Counted from the first letter of the whole stretch, positions 34,451-48,751 are shown. The stretch is 63,986 nt of DNA, filler included, from Octopus bimaculoides (GCF_001194135.2; 5 parts of 2 records of this genome joined end to end with filler, not necessarily neighbours in it), one strand, 5' to 3'. The notes: generated from the sequence alone by a model not told the origin. Numbers and translations: made by a program.

Positions 34451-34815
34451 TTCTTTTGTTTGTTTCAGTCATTTGACTGCAGCAATGCTGGAGCACCACC
34501 TTTAGTTGAACAAATCGACCCCAGGACTTATTTTTTGTAAGCCTAGTACTTATTCTATCGGTCTCTTTTGCCGAACTGTTATGTTAAAGGGATGTAATCA
34601 CACCAACATCGGGTACAAGCACAGACACAGACACACACACACACACACATATGATGGGCTTCTTTCAGTTTCCATCTACCAAATCCATTCACAGGGCTTT
34701 GGTCAGCCTGAGGCTATATTAGAAGACACTTGCTCAATGTGCCATGCACTGGGACTGAACTAAGAACCATGTGGTTGGTAAGCAAACTACTTACCACACA
34801 GCCACTCCTGCACCT
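34451..34815 (-). mobile_element. OR-type CORE-SINE
   Basis: Full head-to-tail match to the 28796 family in reverse. Confidence 0.9.
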
Positions 34816-34821
34816 ATATAT

Positions 34822-34955
34822 ATCATCATCATTATTTAACATCCATTTTCTATGCTGGCATGGGTTGGACGGTTTGACTGAAGTCTGAGAGCCAGCAGTT
34901 GCACCAGGCTCTAATCTGATCTGGCAATGTTTCTACAATTGGATGCCCTTCCTAT
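34822..34955 (-). mobile_element. RTE 3'-tail copy
   Basis: catcatcatt..ggcatgggttggacggtttgactga..gatgcccttcct. Confidence 0.8.
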
Positions 34956-35325
34956 ATTGTTTTCTTACAAATAAGAAGAGTATTCCATACATGATATTGA
35001 GTGAATATTTAATACACTCCATTTACTGTCCCGCTTACAGACTATATAAATTTATGTGATTGTCAGTTGATTGATTTCTACTTCTGAAAAACCTAGTTTT
35101 TCCAAATTGTCACAGAGGCATTTACTAATAAAATCTACTGTACCAATTATTATTGGTAATTGTGAATTTAAAATCTGACTATAGAAGCTGAAAATTTTAA
35201 AGCAGTTGTCCATAGTTATCCTCTCTTTCTCATTAATTTTCAAAGAGATATTCATATCAGCAGTTGTACTGCATCACTTCTTGATATCCTGTTGCTTATT
35301 TTGATTTTATATATATATATATATA

Positions 35326-35630
35326 TGGCCGTTGCCAGTACCGCCTGACTGGCCTTCATAGGATTTTCGAGCGAGATCGTTGCCAGTGCCCCTGGACTGG
35401 CTCTTGTGCGGGTGGCACATAAAATACTGGCCTTCGTGCAGGTGACACGTAAAAGCACCCACTACACTCTCTGAGTGGTTGGCGTTAGGAAGGGCATCCA
35501 GCTGTAGAAACTCTGCCAAATTAGATTGGAGCCTGGTGTTGCCATCCGGTTTCACCAGTCCTCAGTCAAATCGTCCAACCCATGCTAGCATGGAAAGCGG
35601 ACGTTAAACGATGATGATGATGATGATGAT
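35326..35630 (+). mobile_element. Young RTE 3'-tail copy inserted in a TA microsatellite
   Basis: Tandem UTR units plus a tail nearly identical to 16148-16378, then (GAT)n. Confidence 0.9.
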
Positions 35631-36685
35631 GTATGTATGTATGTATATATATATAAACTTAAATATAGGATAAAATCTAAGAGACTACTTCCCAGTTGCA
35701 TTCCCTCATTATTAACCCCTCACCCTTCTTGAACTATCTTTTCTCCTTTCACCATGTCCTAATACCCCCCAGTCCTCCTTCTCATACACTTAGCTCTCCA
35801 CATTTAATCATTCCATCTTTGAACTTCTCTGCATTAAGATCTGAAATGCAAGATCTTTTCTACCCTAATGATGGAGGCTCGTCTCATCCTATGTTAAAAG
35901 CATTGATATGGCTGCATTTTGTGATGAACTAAATCTACCAACATTATTATGGATCTCATAATATCTTTCTTCCACCCCTTTCATTTACTCTGTCATTTGT
36001 GTAAGTTGGGCCTATTAATATAAATATATATATGTTTATACTTAAAAATTTATCACCTAAAAGTCTCCACCTTTTGCATTCTCTCGTTTTGCATGTATAA
36101 ATATATATACATATTTTGTATTTGGTTTATTGAATATATTTAATATATTTGATGTGTCTAATTTGTTTATCCCCATAATTGCCTCTATACCTGCTCAACC
36201 TGATCCCTCTTATAGCCTTTCTTTACCTTGTGGAGTGATCCCCTGTAAAGACATCAGAGTCTAAGTTTGAAACTTTTAAGCACTATTAAGTGTCTTCTAT
36301 ATGGAAAATATTTGGATCTCATCTGTGAATTATATATACATATAAATAAATAAATATATATATAATTGCAGCGTGGAAGGTGTTTATAAGCCATTTAAAA
36401 TAACACACAAAATACGTTAGATTCACTTCAACATTTAAATTTAATTTGTCAAAATATTTTCGTCGCTTTGAGACCGCGAACTGTTCACTGACAAAATTAT
36501 AAACACCTTCCATGCTGCAATTGTTTTCGTTCCAGCACACGATCTCAGATCAGGTCACTTGCTATGCAAGTGCATCTCCGTAATATATANNNNNNNNNNN
36601 NNNNNNNNNNNNNNNNNNNNNNNNNNNNNNNNNNNNNNNNNNNNNNNNNNNNNNNNNNNNNNNNNNNNNNNNNNNNNNNNNNNNN

Positions 36686-37111
36686 AAATTTACAGGTAAA
36701 AACTCAATTAAATTCAATTTATCAAAAATTAAAATTAAATTAAGTTTCACAGTATAAAATATAAATATACAGTTTTAGGGAAAAGAACCAAGGTTCATGA
36801 ACTCATCGATGAAAATCCACCATCACATACAGAAAAATTAATAAATAAAAGCACAATAAATATAATAATATATAATAATAATATATAATATATAATAATA
36901 ATAATATATAATATATAATAATAATAATATATAATATATAATAATAATAATAATATATAATATAAATAATATATATTAAACCCTGATCTTATGATATTTA
37001 CTTTGTATTATATTATACTTATTTATTGTGCTTTTACTTATTAATTTTTCTATATGTGATGGTGGATTTTCATCGATGAGTTCATGAACCTTGGTTCTTT
37101 TCCCTAAAACT
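36686..37111. repeat. Repeat with 91-bp inverted arms around an (AAT/AT) spacer; family also at 53042-53170
   Basis: 36771-36861 versus 37021-37111, two mismatches seen. Confidence 0.8.
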
Positions 37112-37574
37112 ATATATATATATATATATAAGGTGTGCCAGGCATTTGTGAACTTCAAGCTATAAATGAAGGACAGTCTAATGTAATGTAACAAGATATG
37201 CTTTCTAGCTTCTCTTTCAAATATAAAGACAGCATAAGCCAAACAGATTCCAGCCTGACACAGGAAATGAAAAAAGGCATACGATGCTTACATTTCTAAC
37301 CAACAGCCATTGCAATTCAAGGCATGCTAGCTTCTTGAATATGGCTTTCTCAATACAGCATCCAATGTTGGAAAAGAGCTCTGGAGTCCTCTGGTGGGGG
37401 CATGTCATTTGCAACGAAAATAAAAGTATCATTCTCAGTTCTCAGACATCATCACAACGGCCATGTTCATCCAGCAGGCCCAGGATATCATAACAACAAC
37501 CCCAGCAGATTGATGAGAGGAGCCATCATTGATCAACTCAAAATGACCGAATTCACTATCAGAAGTATTATTTG

Positions 37575-37910
37575 CACAAAGACATCAAGTAGAAGTTATA
37601 GGGACATAAAGACACCAGCATCAATGGTCAAACAGTGATAGGGGGTGACAAACACAGACGCACACATACATAAACATATACAGATATATGTATATATGAA
37701 TACACACACACACACACACACACACATGCACACACACACACACATATATATGACAAGCTTCTTTCAGTTTCCGTCTACCAAATCCACTCACATGGCAATG
37801 GTTGGCCTAAGGCTCTAGTAGAAGACACTTGCCCAAGGTGCCATGTGGTAGGACTAAACCCTGAACCATGTGACTGCAAAGCAAGGTTTGTATTACACAG
37901 CCATGCCTGT
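37575..37910 (-). mobile_element. OR-type CORE-SINE (diverged)
   Basis: cttctttcagtttccgtctaccaaatccactcac..agaagacacttgcccaaggtgcc. Confidence 0.85.
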
Positions 37911-37972
37911 GTCTCATATAGCCATGCCTGCGCCTACGTACATGCATATACATATATTCCTATATATATTCC

Positions 37973-38007
<35 letters not shown>

Positions 38008-38264
38008 GCATGCAAGCATAGGAAAGTAGATGTTAAAATGTTGATGTCGATAATGATGATGATGACAGTAATGATGATATTAGCAATATTAATCTGGTTG
38101 GATATAAATCTACTTGTCTCAGTCCTTTTGTCCTTTGTCAGGTTTATATCAAATCCCACATGATCAACTGCTATTTTTTCATTGGTCCAAGGGATTTTTT
38201 TGATACTATCTGAAGAAGTGAGTGGTTATAGAAACAAATGTTTATTGCAGAAGAGACAGTGACA

Positions 38265-38319
<55 letters not shown>

Positions 38320-39174
38320 TCATATACTGTTTTGCTCTGGTTTATAAAAGATATTTTTTTCCTTTCTGTTCATTTGTTCATGTCAGAGTTATATCATAGC
38401 CTCAAGAAATTTATAATTATCTATAATTATTAATGAAGCACTTTCACTTAAATGAGCTGAGACGAACTCTGTTGAATTCTTGTGAGTCTGATAGCCATAT
38501 ATATGTGTGTGTATGTGTCTCTGTTTGTGTATTGATATATACAGGATGTCCTAAAAAATGTACACGCACATCAAATTATTATTATAAAAATGTTAGTGTT
38601 TATTAAAATGTATAATGTTTTCAAGATTTAACTGAATCTGCAGACAGAGTTTAGTTTTCAAACAGTTTTCAAACTGATGACCATTCTCGTCTGATAATAC
38701 AAAGCAATGGAACCACAAACATGAAATATTTCATTCGGTATTTATGCATGGCGAGCTGGCAGAAACATTAGCATGCCGGACAAAATGCTTAGCAGTATTT
38801 CTTCTGTCTTTAGATTCTGTAATCATGCACAATCTTGTTCATAAAAATGAATGTCTATGTGTTTGTGTGTGTGTATATACATACATGTGTGTAATAACTC
38901 CTCTAGAAATAACTTCCACATAGACCCATCCACCACATACAGAACTGACACGCATGCATCCAACAAATTTCAACATATAAACAGCTTTCAAAATGCAACG
39001 AATAACGTTCATACCAGGGATCATGGACGTATGAGAATATTTGTGTATACATATATGTATGTACATACGTATGTGTGAGGGGATAAATATATATATATAT
39101 GTATATTTCCCCCACACATGTGGTGGCAACAAACATAAAGTATGATGCATAGAATGCTAAACAAATATACATAT

Positions 39175-39687
39175 ACTCTTTACTCTTTTTACTCTTTTAC
39201 TTGTTTCAGTCATTTGACTGCGGCCATGCTGGAGCACTGCCTTTAGTCAAGCAAATCGACCCCAGGACTTATTCTTTGTAAGCCTAGTACTTATTCTATC
39301 GGTCTCTATTATCGAACCACTAATTACAGGGACGTAAACACACCAGCATCGGTTGTCAAGCGATGTTGGGGGGGGGGGNNNNNNNNNNNNNNNNNNNNNN
39401 NNNNNNNNNNNNNNNNNNNNNNNNNNNNNNNNNNNNNNNNNNNNNNNNNNNNNNNNNNNNNNNNNNNNNNNNNNNNNNNNNNNNNNNNNNNNNNNATATA
39501 TATATATATATATACATATATACGATGGGCTTCTTTCAGTTTCTGTCTACCAAAACCACTCACAAGGCTTTGGTCGGCCCGAGGATATAGTAGAAGACAC
39601 TTGCCCAATGTGTCATGCAGTGGGACTGAAGCCAGAACCATGTGGTTGGTAAGCAAGCTACTTACCACACAGCCACTCCTATGCCTT
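39175..39687 (-). mobile_element. OR-type CORE-SINE (internal N gap)
   Basis: Low-divergence copy with head cttaccacacagccactcct. Confidence 0.9.
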
Positions 39688-39966
39688 ATGATAAATGTAT
39701 CTATTTTTCTTTTGTCAAGCAGTATATTCCTGGTTATGGCATATAATTAGTCATCTTCCGACCAGCATGTCTGAAGAGTCATCAATTTTGCCAAGTGCAA
39801 TAACTGGTGTGAAACTGTCGATAATTTTCTGATATAACATAAAAATATAACTGGTCTAGTTTTCTTTTTTAGTGTGCTATTTTACTAACTTATAGACAAC
39901 TAACTGATAATATATATATATATATACACACATATATATACATACATACATACATATAGTCATACC

Positions 39967-40006
39967 GGCCATGACGAAGGGAAATAGCCCTGAAACTCGA
40001 GTCGCC
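39967..40006 (+). ncRNA. Minimal hammerhead ribozyme motif with variant core
   Basis: ggc c-a-TGACGA aggg-aaatag-ccct GAAA ctcgag TC gcc; ACTCGAGT palindrome as helix III, GUC site; one extra A between C3 and U4. Confidence 0.6.
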
Positions 40007-40613
40007 TTTATATATATATATTTATATTTATATATTTATATATTTGATCCTTTATATTGAACACTCAATATTTCATCTACATTCAATACTTTATTTCATG
40101 GTGCCATCCATTTTTATTTTATTTTATTTTATATATTGTATATTATATTATATATTGTATATTCCATATTCTATACCCCACATTAGTTCTACAGGAATAT
40201 AAATAAAACATAAAAAACAGACAGTGTTGGAACTCTTTTAAGCAAAATAATATATNNNNNNNNNNTGTGTGTGTGTGTGCACAATTCACATCGTTATCTA
40301 GCAATTCAATACAACAAAGGACTGTAGTTGTAATCAGAAGGAATCTATCGTTAATTACAATTTCATGAATCATAATTAATGAAACAATTCTTTGTTCTGC
40401 GATTAATATGATTTTGGTGCCTGGTCAACACCTTATTTCTTTCTATAACATTTGACCAAGCTTGTACAGCATGTACAATAGAACTATATACCATTGTATA
40501 ATTAACTTTCTTGACTAATGGACGTTTATTGCCATGCATGAGTATATGAATTTTCAAGCTTATATGTTGCGTGTGTGTGTGTGCGTGTGTGTGTGTGTGT
40601 GCGTGTTTGTGTG

Positions 40614-40645
<32 letters not shown>

Positions 40646-40969
40646 GTGTATTTGAGGTCTTCTCATTTGTTTAATTCACATAGACATAAAGCTATAGCAC
40701 CAATTACCTGTTGAGTTGTTGTGCACTCTCAGTAATTAAATATCTTCTTTAGATGTTTAGATGAACTAAAATTGTACTGCCTTGGTTCATGTGCATCTGT
40801 CTACAATATCTATCTATCTGTCTCTCACTCTCTTTCTCTCTCTTTATATATATATATATATATATACACACACATACATATGCATATATATATATAAATT
40901 TATATATAAAAATTATATATCATATATATGCATGTANNNNNNNNNNNNNNNNNNNNNNNNNNNNNNNNC

Positions 40970-42220
40970 ATAGTATCATAATTTTGGAATATCTATAAAA
41001 TCATCAAAAGCTTGTTTATTTTAATGTTTTTTGATTTATTATTAGTGTTGCTTTATATGTTTTGCTAAAATTGCTGTTTCTTTTCAGATATCATCAAAGA
41101 ATGGTAATTAAAATTCATTAAAATGACAGATCTATTGGACTTTCAAAGAGATCAAATTGTTGGTGCTCATGTGGCAGGTGCTAGCATAATGAAAACAGCC
41201 GAAGTGTCTGGTATATCAAGAAGTACTGTCTTGAAAGTAATGACAACCTTTGAGAAAGAGGGAAAAACTTCTTCATAGAAACAAAACTCCAGAAGAAAAT
41301 CAAAACTTTCAGATAGGGACTATCAGACTCTTACGCGAATTGTCAGAAAGGATCACAAAAGTACAGCTCCCAAGCTTAATGACCACCTTGAGAACCCAGT
41401 TCCACAAAAACCGTTTGCTGGGAGCTGCACAAAGCCAGATTTCACAGAAGGGCTGCAATCAGAAACCCACTACTTTCTAAAACAAACATTGCAAAGCGTT
41501 TAGAGTGGAGTAAAATATTACAGAATTGGTTCCTAGAGCAGTGAAAGAATGTTATTTTCTTGGACGAGTCATCCTTTACCTTATTTCCGACCACCGGCTG
41601 AGTATACGTGTGGAGACAGCCAAAAGAAGCATTTGACCCAGACTGCCTTCTTCCAACTGTTAAACATGGAGGAGGATCTGTGATGATCAGGGTGGGGAGC
41701 TATATCTGTGATCTGTGATGATCTTGGGGGAAATCCGCCGGCCCAATGGTTTCCCTTCATGGCAGAATTAATAGTCAAGACTATTTAAGCATTTTATCTG
41801 ATCAAATTCATCCTATTGTTGCGGAACTGTTTCCAGAGAGAAACACAATCTTTCAGGATGATAATACACCAATTCACACAGCTAAAGTTGTTATTGAATG
41901 GCACGAGCAACATTCTAGTAAAGTCGAACATCTTATCTGGCCATCACAGTCCCCAGATCTCAATATTGTGGAACATTTATGGCACATTTTAGAAAAACAA
42001 GTAAGGAATCGATATCCTCCACCATCATCACTACAAGAACTGGAGACTGTTTTAGCTGAAGAATGGAGAAAAATTCCTTTGGAAACAATTCAAACTTTGT
42101 ATGAGTCCATACCACTTAGAATTCAAGCTGTAATTACTGCCAAAGGCGGTCTTACCCCCATATTAAAATAAATGTGTTTGAAATTTTAAGATGTTTCCAT
42201 TATTTCATCCAACCCCAGTA
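40970..42220 (+). mobile_element. Tc1-superfamily DNA transposon, DD36E spacing, inactivated
   Basis: N-terminal MTDLLDFQRDQIVGA (ATG ~41123), FLDESSF, FQDDN..WPSQSPDLNIVEHLW with 36 residues between D and E; right TIR ending 42218 plus TA; left TIR lost at an N gap; stops and frameshifts. Confidence 0.9.
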
Positions 42221-42232
42221 TATATATATATG

Positions 42233-42322
<90 letters not shown>

Positions 42323-42591
42323 TACATTGTTGTGTCTGGAGAGAGTCATTGTCTTAATGCCTTAATGCAACCTTGTCAATGAATGTTGAGTCTGTCTGTT
42401 ATTGGAGCTGCATTCCCTTTTGTTTGTTTGTCACCAAACAATGTAAAATTTTATTTATGTCTTTTTCAGGTTTCTTCCTCTGCAGACTCCTGACACTCAC
42501 ATCATTTGACAATTTTTTTTATTCACCTGGCTACCATTCTTCATTTGCATCACATATCTAAAGCATACATCTTTGGCAAGTGTCATGTACT

Positions 42592-42646
<55 letters not shown>

Positions 42647-43952
42647 GTACCACATTTAGGGGAGAGCAAGGTTGTAGTCAATTACTACATCACCATTAGT
42701 ACCTGGACAGGTATTTCTTTTCATCAACACTTGAAGGATTAAATCCAAAATTGATTGTGGCAAGCCTTGAACTCAAAAATGTAAAGATGAGATGAACCCC
42801 TGGATGGAGTGGAAATTGAATGACAGTGGAATTTGAACTCAGGATGATAAGCACAGGTGTGACTGCATAGTGAAAAAGCCTGCTTCCTGACCATGTGATC
42901 TTGGTTTCAGCTCCACTGCACCAGAGCTTTTGGCAAGGAGTCTTCTGCCAAATCCATAGGCTGGCTGAAGGGCTAAAAGCCTTGTGATTCAATTTGGTAG
43001 ATAGAAATTGAAAGAAGCCTGTCGTGTGTGTGTGTGTGTGTGTCTCCTTGTCTTGGCATTGCAGGATTGTTGTAAATTAATGTCATTCATTTCCAATATT
43101 CTGTGAAAACATGTCTGCTATGGAGGAATATCATCTTGCTTGGAAACAGGTAGGAATTGGCTTCCATGAATTCTATCAGACCCATGCAAACATGGAAAAG
43201 TTAAAATGTTGATGATGGTGATGATGATGATGATGATATCTACTTACTTCTACTCAGGAATCTCTACAATTTCTCATGACACACCTTTCACTGCAACAAC
43301 ATTGATGATGGCAGCCCTGATGATTTTACATCTGAGAAGACAAGGAGAGTTTCCAATAGGGCATTACAGTGGACGTAGGTGGATTTGATGCATGCGTATG
43401 TGTGTATGTGTGTGTGTGTGTGTGCGTGCGTGTACGTGTGTGATTATATGGTTCTGAACAAGTATCTACTATTATTGCTTAGAGCTGTCCAATTCTATTT
43501 CAATGAAATTTGCAAATAAGAAACTGCACTGACGCCTGTCATATATACATGTGTGTGTGCGTGTATGTGTGTGTGAGCGTGTGAGTATGCATGTGTAAAC
43601 GAGTGCACACATGTGTGTGTGTGTGTGTGTGTTTGTGTGTACACTTGTCAAGACATCATGTGATAGTTGTAAATGAGTATAATCATCATAGCTGTTAATT
43701 CTATTCTGTTACGGAAAACAAATTTGGCCATTATGAAAAACAAGTAAGGGTTGGCAACAGTAAGAGCATCTGGCCTTAAGGAAAATATCTGCCTTAGCAA
43801 ATTCCTTCTGACTCATGTGAGCATGGAAATGTGGACGTTAAATGATGATGATGAAGATGATAATGATGGTGATAGTGATGAATATTATAGTGATGATGAT
43901 AATGATGATGATGATGACAACGACGACGACGGCGACGACGACGATGATGATG

Positions 43953-43983
<31 letters not shown>

Positions 43984-44355
43984 AGGAGTGAGGGTGGGTA
44001 GTTGATGATGGACTCTCCCTCCAGCTTTAGAGTTCAATGCCACAGATTTCCAAGGGGGCATACAGTGAAACCATATGAATCTAATATCTATCTTTTTAGC
44101 ATTTATGTATTTCAGTCATTGGACTGCGGCCATACTGGAGAATCATCTTGAAAGGTTTTAATCAAACAAATCATCCCCAGTACTAATTTTTAAATGTTCA
44201 AGTTGTGGGAACATAAACAAACCAAAGTGAGTTGTCAAGCGGTGGTAGGGGACNNNNNNNNNNNNNNNNNNNNNNNNNNNNNNNNNNNNNNNNNNNNTTA
44301 ATTAATTAANNNNNNNNNNNNNNNNNNNNNNNNNNNNNNNNNNNNNNNNNNNNAA

Positions 44356-44458
<103 letters not shown>

Positions 44459-45843
44459 TATTGTCTTTACAGAGCTTTTAACGTTGGAGATGCACAACGG
44501 TGCTTGCTGTTCACTACAAGTGATCCACCCTTATTGCTGCCACTATTTATTCCGTTTGTGCCTCGTCGCTCTTTTACGAAGATTCAATCGTCTACCCAGG
44601 ATAGTTCTACAATCATACATGGCAGATTATGATATGAATTAGTATGGATTCTACAGCGGGATGTCCTTCATAATGTCAATGTGTATTTTTGCATATATGT
44701 ATATCATTGTATGTGTGTAAGTATATACACACACATATAGCAGAACAAACCAAAAAAAGAAAAGTCTTAGTTTATCGTACATGATGTTTACAAATTCATG
44801 ACACATTTTAGAGAGTTGTAAATCAATCTCAACATAATGTGTTTATCATCCGAACGTTAAAATGATTTCGTATAACAAGTTGAACAACATTTTGCATTAG
44901 ATTATTGTACCATTGATTCTCTTCAGTATTTTATCTCACTGAATTGTCATTTTTGCGCAGCTAAATTAATTTGTTCGTATTTAAGGTGCTCTGATCACAT
45001 TTAAAGTAATACAATTTCTCATTGAATAGATTGTTCAAAATTAAGTAAGCAATGTTGCTTTACTACGCCTAAATTGTTACAAGAAGACATTCCCTCATGT
45101 CTAAATGCAACATGATGCAGCAAAATAATGTTTCTTTCGATACACCGCTATTCCTTTAAAGGATCATGCGAATGAATTCCAAGAAACACTAAGAATTCAA
45201 CTGAAATAAAATGCCGTTGCGTAAAGCCAATAATCATAGGGTTAAATTAGCCCCGATTTCATGAAAGTATCGTTTGAATAAATTTCAATAAATTGCAACA
45301 AAGAAATTATAACAATCTAATACCCTTTCCAAGAAGAAGGATTTTCTTCACTTGAGAGTTGTCTTACCATAAAAACTAACGACCTAATGTGATTATTGTA
45401 AATGTAGACACTTTAAATGACGGATTATAGCGGTATAAATTGGCAGGGAAATTTAAATATAAGAACGTTTGATGTGATGAGCAAACATTGCAATTATCTA
45501 TGGCAATCATTCTAATTGTAATTTATACTAGTACTATTATAGTTTCAATGCTGCAATTTGATGAAATTTATTCAAACGAAACTTGAGTGAAAGGAAGGTG
45601 AATTTAACACTGGTTTTATGTGATGTCGTTTTATTGTAGAATATTTCTTATTATTTTTTCGAACTCACTCGCATAATCCTTTAAGAGAAAAGGAACATAT
45701 TGGATAATACATTGTTTTACTACACGACTGTTGCATTTAAATTTCAGGCAATATTTTCTTGGTAGTATTATTGTTTTACTTCGCACCTACAACAGGCTGT
45801 TGTCCGCCCTCACAGATTCAGCCAGAGAGAATACCAAGTGTTC

Positions 45844-45921
<78 letters not shown>

Positions 45922-45939
45922 ACAGTAGTAACAGCAACA

Positions 45940-46460
45940 ACAACAATGCCCTGATGCAGTACCTAACAGCGGCTCTCCGATCTGGGGGTTTCTAATCTTA
46001 ACTGACTGGAAGTATTATCATGTACATTGTCTTTTCCTGGTATAAAAGTTGCATTACAGTAAATATTCTGCTCAGTACCAAAGATTTGATTGTCTCTTTT
46101 TTGGTATTAACCAGTTGATCATGTCCCTTAATGGCTGACGATGTGTGCATCACGACCAGAAATAGTCAGCCATACCCATGTGTTGAGAGGAATTATTTGG
46201 GATGTTTATAATTCAGCTCTGAAAACATAGATATTTCTTTCAAACTACTTAAACAACCCTTATTCAGTGACCTTTAGAGCGGGATGGGCTACTTGACCTG
46301 CAGAACATCCTAACTCGGCTCTACCTGCAAAGTCATGCAGTGTTTATCTTGGTATAATATCATTATATCGCGAACATTTCCATATGATGTATGCGCCTGG
46401 TGTATCCTTATTATGCGGGTAGTCCTGATGCGTATACTGGGGTTCATTTACTTTACCTTA
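45940..46460 (-). mobile_element. Second copy of the unclassified repeat at 19150-19800
   Basis: Reverse-complement homology (gtgttgagaggaatt, gggctacttgacctg, gtgtttatcttg). Confidence 0.6.
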
Positions 46461-46531
46461 GTGAGACTTTGATGGCATGCATTGATCTCTCATTCACTAA
46501 TAACAACAATGTGGGGACATTCATGTATGTA

Positions 46532-46574
<43 letters not shown>

Positions 46575-46604
46575 ATATATATATATACATACGCACACAG
46601 ACAC

Positions 46605-46642
<38 letters not shown>

Positions 46643-46668
46643 ACACACACACACACACNNNNNNNNNN

Positions 46669-46702
<34 letters not shown>

Positions 46703-47254
46703 CTCACGTATTTGAAGAAAATAATGCCAAAAATACCACTTGCTAAAGATCAAAGCAAAATCTTCAAAAGACCAATAATTCTACGATAAATACATACACA
46801 AGGAATGTAATGAATATTTAAAAAAAAATGGCCTACCTTCAGGAAAGAATATGAAGGCACTTAATACACAACTCGATATCAATTGATTTCATGCTGTGCA
46901 TGAGAAACATTCTCTGCGATCCTCAGTTGGAAATAGTTTTTGAAATCTGTTTTCTAAAAGAATCATTGCGTCAACTCGTGTACGTTTCTAACTTTAAACG
47001 TCCCGCCCCGTGTAAAGGGAAAAATATCATGAATAATAAAAAAAAGTATGTGAAGTATTATTACTGCTACAAACAATAATAATGGGGTGGTTAACAAGAC
47101 TTATACCTATACAAGTATAATATAAAATATTTGAAGAAAAGAAGCGTAAAGTTACCGCTTGCTAATCAAAGCGAAAGCTTAAAAAAAACACACCAATTCT
47201 ACGATAAATAAACACACGAGCAATATAATGAATATTTTAATAAATAGGCCTCAA

Positions 47255-47562
47255 ATCTCACCTGCGAACCCATGGAAAACAAACCTCGCCCAGCTATTCT
47301 GATTATATGTCTGTGCACACGTTTGAATGTGGTGTGTGCCAGAGGGTTTGCAAATCCAATGGGGGTCTTAAAAGACATGTTAGGATCCACAATGAGCAGA
47401 ACTTACTTGCAGGTATTGGTAGTGCAAATCAGAGGTGCAATCTGTGTGGGTGTTTTTTCAAAACACTGTCTGGTTTAAAAAACCCACATCAGACGCCATG
47501 AAAGGGCTAAGGTGTAGGTGCAGGAGGTGGTCAAACTCTGTTTAAGGAGTAGACAACCACCA
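47255..47562 (+). mobile_element. RTE/BovB-type LINE 3' end with two C2H2 fingers
   Basis: FECGVCQRVCKSNGGLKRHVRIH and CNLCGCFFKTLSGLK; short UTR running into (TA)n. Confidence 0.65.
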
Positions 47563-48000
47563 TATATATATANNNNNNNNNNNNNNNNNNNNNNNNNNNN
47601 NNNNNNNNNNNNNNNNNNNNNNNNNNNNNNNNNNNNNNNNNNNNNNNNNNNNNNNNNNNNNNNNNNNNNNNNNNNNNNNNNNNNNNNNNNNNNNNNNNNN
47701 NNNNNNNNNNNNNNNNNNNNNNNNNNNNNNNNNNNNNNNNNNNNNNNNNNNNNNNNNNNNNNNNNNNNNNNNNNNNNNNNNNNNNNNNNNNNNNNNNNNN
47801 NNNNNNNNNNNNNNNNNNNNNNNNNNNNNNNNNNNNNNNNNNNNNNNNNNNNNNNNNNNNNNNNNNNNNNNNNNNNNNNNNNNNNNNNNNNNNNNNNNNN
47901 NNNNNNNNNNNNNNNNNNNNNNNNNNNNNNNNNNNNNNNNNNNNNNNNNNNNNNNNNNNNNNNNNNNNNNNNNNNNNNNNNNNNNNNNNNNNNNNNNNNN

Positions 48001-48038
<38 letters not shown>

Positions 48039-48659
48039 CTCTCTCTTTATCTCTCTTTATATAAACATATCTATATATAGATGTATATATATATTTAAAC
48101 CCAACGATATTAATATACACTAATGTAATCGTATCTTCGTAATGAGCATCTTGTTTTCTGTACGTGTTAAATCCGATACTAAGAATTCTCTATTCGTACG
48201 CACACGTCAAGTTAGTAGGTGTTATGATTTCGTAATTTTCTTCTTTACTGGAGACGTTTGGTTTCCGCTGTGTGACCTGCAGACATGGCGTGCCTTGTAT
48301 GCAGCACCTGTACATAGTGCCCAGTAATATGGTGAATGTTAATGAAATGGGGAATAAGTCAGGAAGCAATGCTGAGGAAAGTATAAGAGTGTAAGAAACG
48401 AAAGTATTCAATAATCTGGTATGTGTGCATTTGTTCAGGTAGGTCGGTTGGAGAAAAGGAGAGAGCTATGATGTTAGAAGGAATAGATCGAATGGGTAGG
48501 TGAGAGGAGCAAAGGTATGATGGAAAAGAGCTGGAAGGAGCCGAGTGAGGAGGCGAGAAGTATGATTAGTGATACAAGACGTTGAGAAACATAAGTGTGA
48601 TAAGGTAAATGCAGGGGTATGTAGCGGGTGCTGCAGAGAGAGAGAGAGAAAGAGAAAGA

Positions 48660-48751
<92 letters not shown>

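Noticed and set aside
40363-40557. CR1/L2-like RT C-terminal fragment (YSSIVHAVQAWS..RRTK)
   Set aside because: Too short and degenerate to support as a feature
45748-45850. Plus-strand signal-peptide-like exon (NIFLVVLLFYFAPTTGCCPP) after atttcag
   Set aside because: No good donor, runs into (TAG)n, no partner exons; hydrophobic runs are common by chance in T-rich DNA
47307-47501. Host C2H2 zinc-finger gene
   Set aside because: Matches the C-terminal fingers and short UTR typical of RTE/BovB 3' ends; second finger broken; no splice context
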